Shown here piece by piece: positions 62,997-64,000 of a stretch of DNA of 64,000 nucleotides (position 1 is the stretch's first letter; every line of letters starts with the position of its first letter). A model generated the notes under the pieces. It saw nothing but the letters and a program-made list of their open reading frames with translations. It did not search any database and had not been told where the DNA came from. A program made the translations under genes and the position numbers. The DNA is from an uncultured Alsobacter sp. GTDB taxonomy: Bacteria > Pseudomonadota > Alphaproteobacteria > Rhizobiales > Beijerinckiaceae. The stretch spans positions 164,323 through 228,322 of the forward strand of contig NZ_CAMFHB010000003.1 in NCBI RefSeq assembly GCF_945952055.1, read 5' to 3'.

Positions 62997-63455
62997 TCAC
63001 TTCACCAGCATGATCGCCTCGATCTCGACCGGGATGCCGTTGGGCAGGGACCCCATGCCCACGGCCGAGCGGGCGTGGCGGCCGGCTTCGCCGAGCACCG
63101 CGACGAACAGGTCCGAGCAGCCGTTGATGACCTTGGGATGGTCGCCGAAGTCCGGTTCGGCGTTGACCATTCCGAGCAGCTTCACCACCGCCTCGATGCG
63201 CGAAAGCTCCCCGAGGGCCGATTTCGCCACCGCCAGAAGGTTGAGCCCGGTGATCCTGGCTTCCTCGTAGGCGACCTCGACGGTCATGTCGCGGCCGAGC
63301 CGGCCCTTGCTCATCGAACCGTCCGCCCGGCGCGGACCCTGGCCCGAAAGGTACAGGACGTTGCCGACGAGCCGGTAGGGCACGTAGTTCGCCAGCGGCG
63401 ACGGGGAGGGGGGCAGCGCGAGCCCGAGCTGGACGATCTTTTCCTCAGGGGTCAT
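62997..63455 (-). CDS. RidA/YjgF family protein
   Basis: 152 aa from the Met at 63455. YjgF-like pattern (LYLSGQG..., ARSAVGMGSLPNGIPVEIEAI). Confidence 0.85.
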   Translation of the reverse strand: MTPEEKIVQLGLALPPSPSPLANYVPYRLVGNVLYLSGQGPRRADGSMSKGRLGRDMTVEVAYEEARITGLNLLAVAKSALGELSRIEAVVKLLGMVNAEPDFGDHPKVINGCSDLFVAVLGEAGRHARSAVGMGSLPNGIPVEIEAIMLVK

Positions 63456-63642
63456 GGCGCGGTCCTCCGTTGCGGTATCTTGCGGGCAAGGTGTCTCCGT
63501 TCGACTGCCTTGTCCAGTTGACGGAAGCCTGCAAGATCGGCCAAGTCCCGCGGTGACGCTCCAGATCCACGGCCGATCGCAGGGTTCCTGCGAGAGGCCG
63601 GCTTCCATCCTTTCCCAGCATGCTCCAGACGACAGAGGACGA

Positions 63643-64000
63643 CATGACGAAGATCCGCATCATCGCAGGCCCGTACACCTTCATGGGCAAGCTCGAGGAA
63701 GAGGCCGCGCCGAAGACCTGCAAGGCCTTCCTGGAGCGGCTGCCGTTCGAAAGCCAGGTCGTGCACGTGCGCTGGAGCGGCGAGGGCGTGTGGATCCCGC
63801 TCGGCGACTATGATTTCGGCGTCACCTACGAGAACCACACGAGCTTCCCGGCGCCGGGCCAGTTCATTCTCTATCCGGGCGGCATCAGCGAGACGGAGAT
63901 CCTGCTCGCGTACGGCGGCGTGCATTTCGCGTCGAAGGTCGGCCAGCTCGCCGGCAACCACTTCCTGACGATCACCGAAGGCCTCGAAAACCTCGTGCCG
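63643..64000 (+). CDS. Cyclophilin-like DUF3830-type protein (3' end runs off the window)
   Basis: I translated this myself from the ATG at 63643: MTKIRIIAGPYTFMGKLEEEAAPKTCKAFLERLPFESQVVHVRWSGEGVWIPLGD... The frame stays open to the window end with GC3-rich codons. The family call is from memory. Confidence 0.6.

Overview
This is a high-GC chromosomal segment (about two-thirds G+C by eye). Gene content and order look like an alphaproteobacterium of the Hyphomicrobiales/Rhizobiales type. Most of the window is ordinary housekeeping DNA: dnaK/dnaJ, pmtA-like, pyrF, dapB, gpmA, def-fmt-truA, rmuC, ffs-dnaX-ybaB-recR, ggt, dapD, deoB, kdsB, pheA and nudC.

Three larger functional blocks stand out:
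- A complete Tad/Flp (type IVc) pilus locus at about 12.1-24.4 kb.
- A DeLey-Doudoroff-type sugar-acid cluster (SDR, dgoK, dgoA, ribokinase) at 26.9-30.3 kb.
- A yejA-yejA-yejB-yejE-yejF peptide ABC importer at 46.9-55.3 kb.

I did not find a large multi-gene system of unknown function, and I found no CRISPR array, integrase, transposase, rRNA or tRNA.

The most unusual features are two small toxin-antitoxin cassettes, each wedged precisely between adjacent cistrons of a conserved operon:
- MntA/HepT sits between dnaK and dnaJ.
- A low-GC PIN toxin plus an unrecognised 75-aa partner sits between yejE and yejF. The toxin stop codon overlaps the yejF start codon.

Secondary observations:
- The Flp prepilin has Ala instead of Gly at the predicted cleavage position.
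- CtrA-like boxes occur in the pilus intergenic regions.
- A near-consensus sigma-54 promoter lies upstream of a lone amt gene.
- An 86-nt composite palindromic (REP-like) element shares its core with a nearby terminator.
- The PmtA-like methyltransferase carries a charged C-terminal extension.
- An SRP RNA gene, invisible to the ORF track, lies upstream of dnaX.

Many very long ORFs in the track are antisense mirror ORFs typical of high-GC DNA, and I rejected them. All family assignments rest on motifs and similarity recognised by eye. No database search was run.
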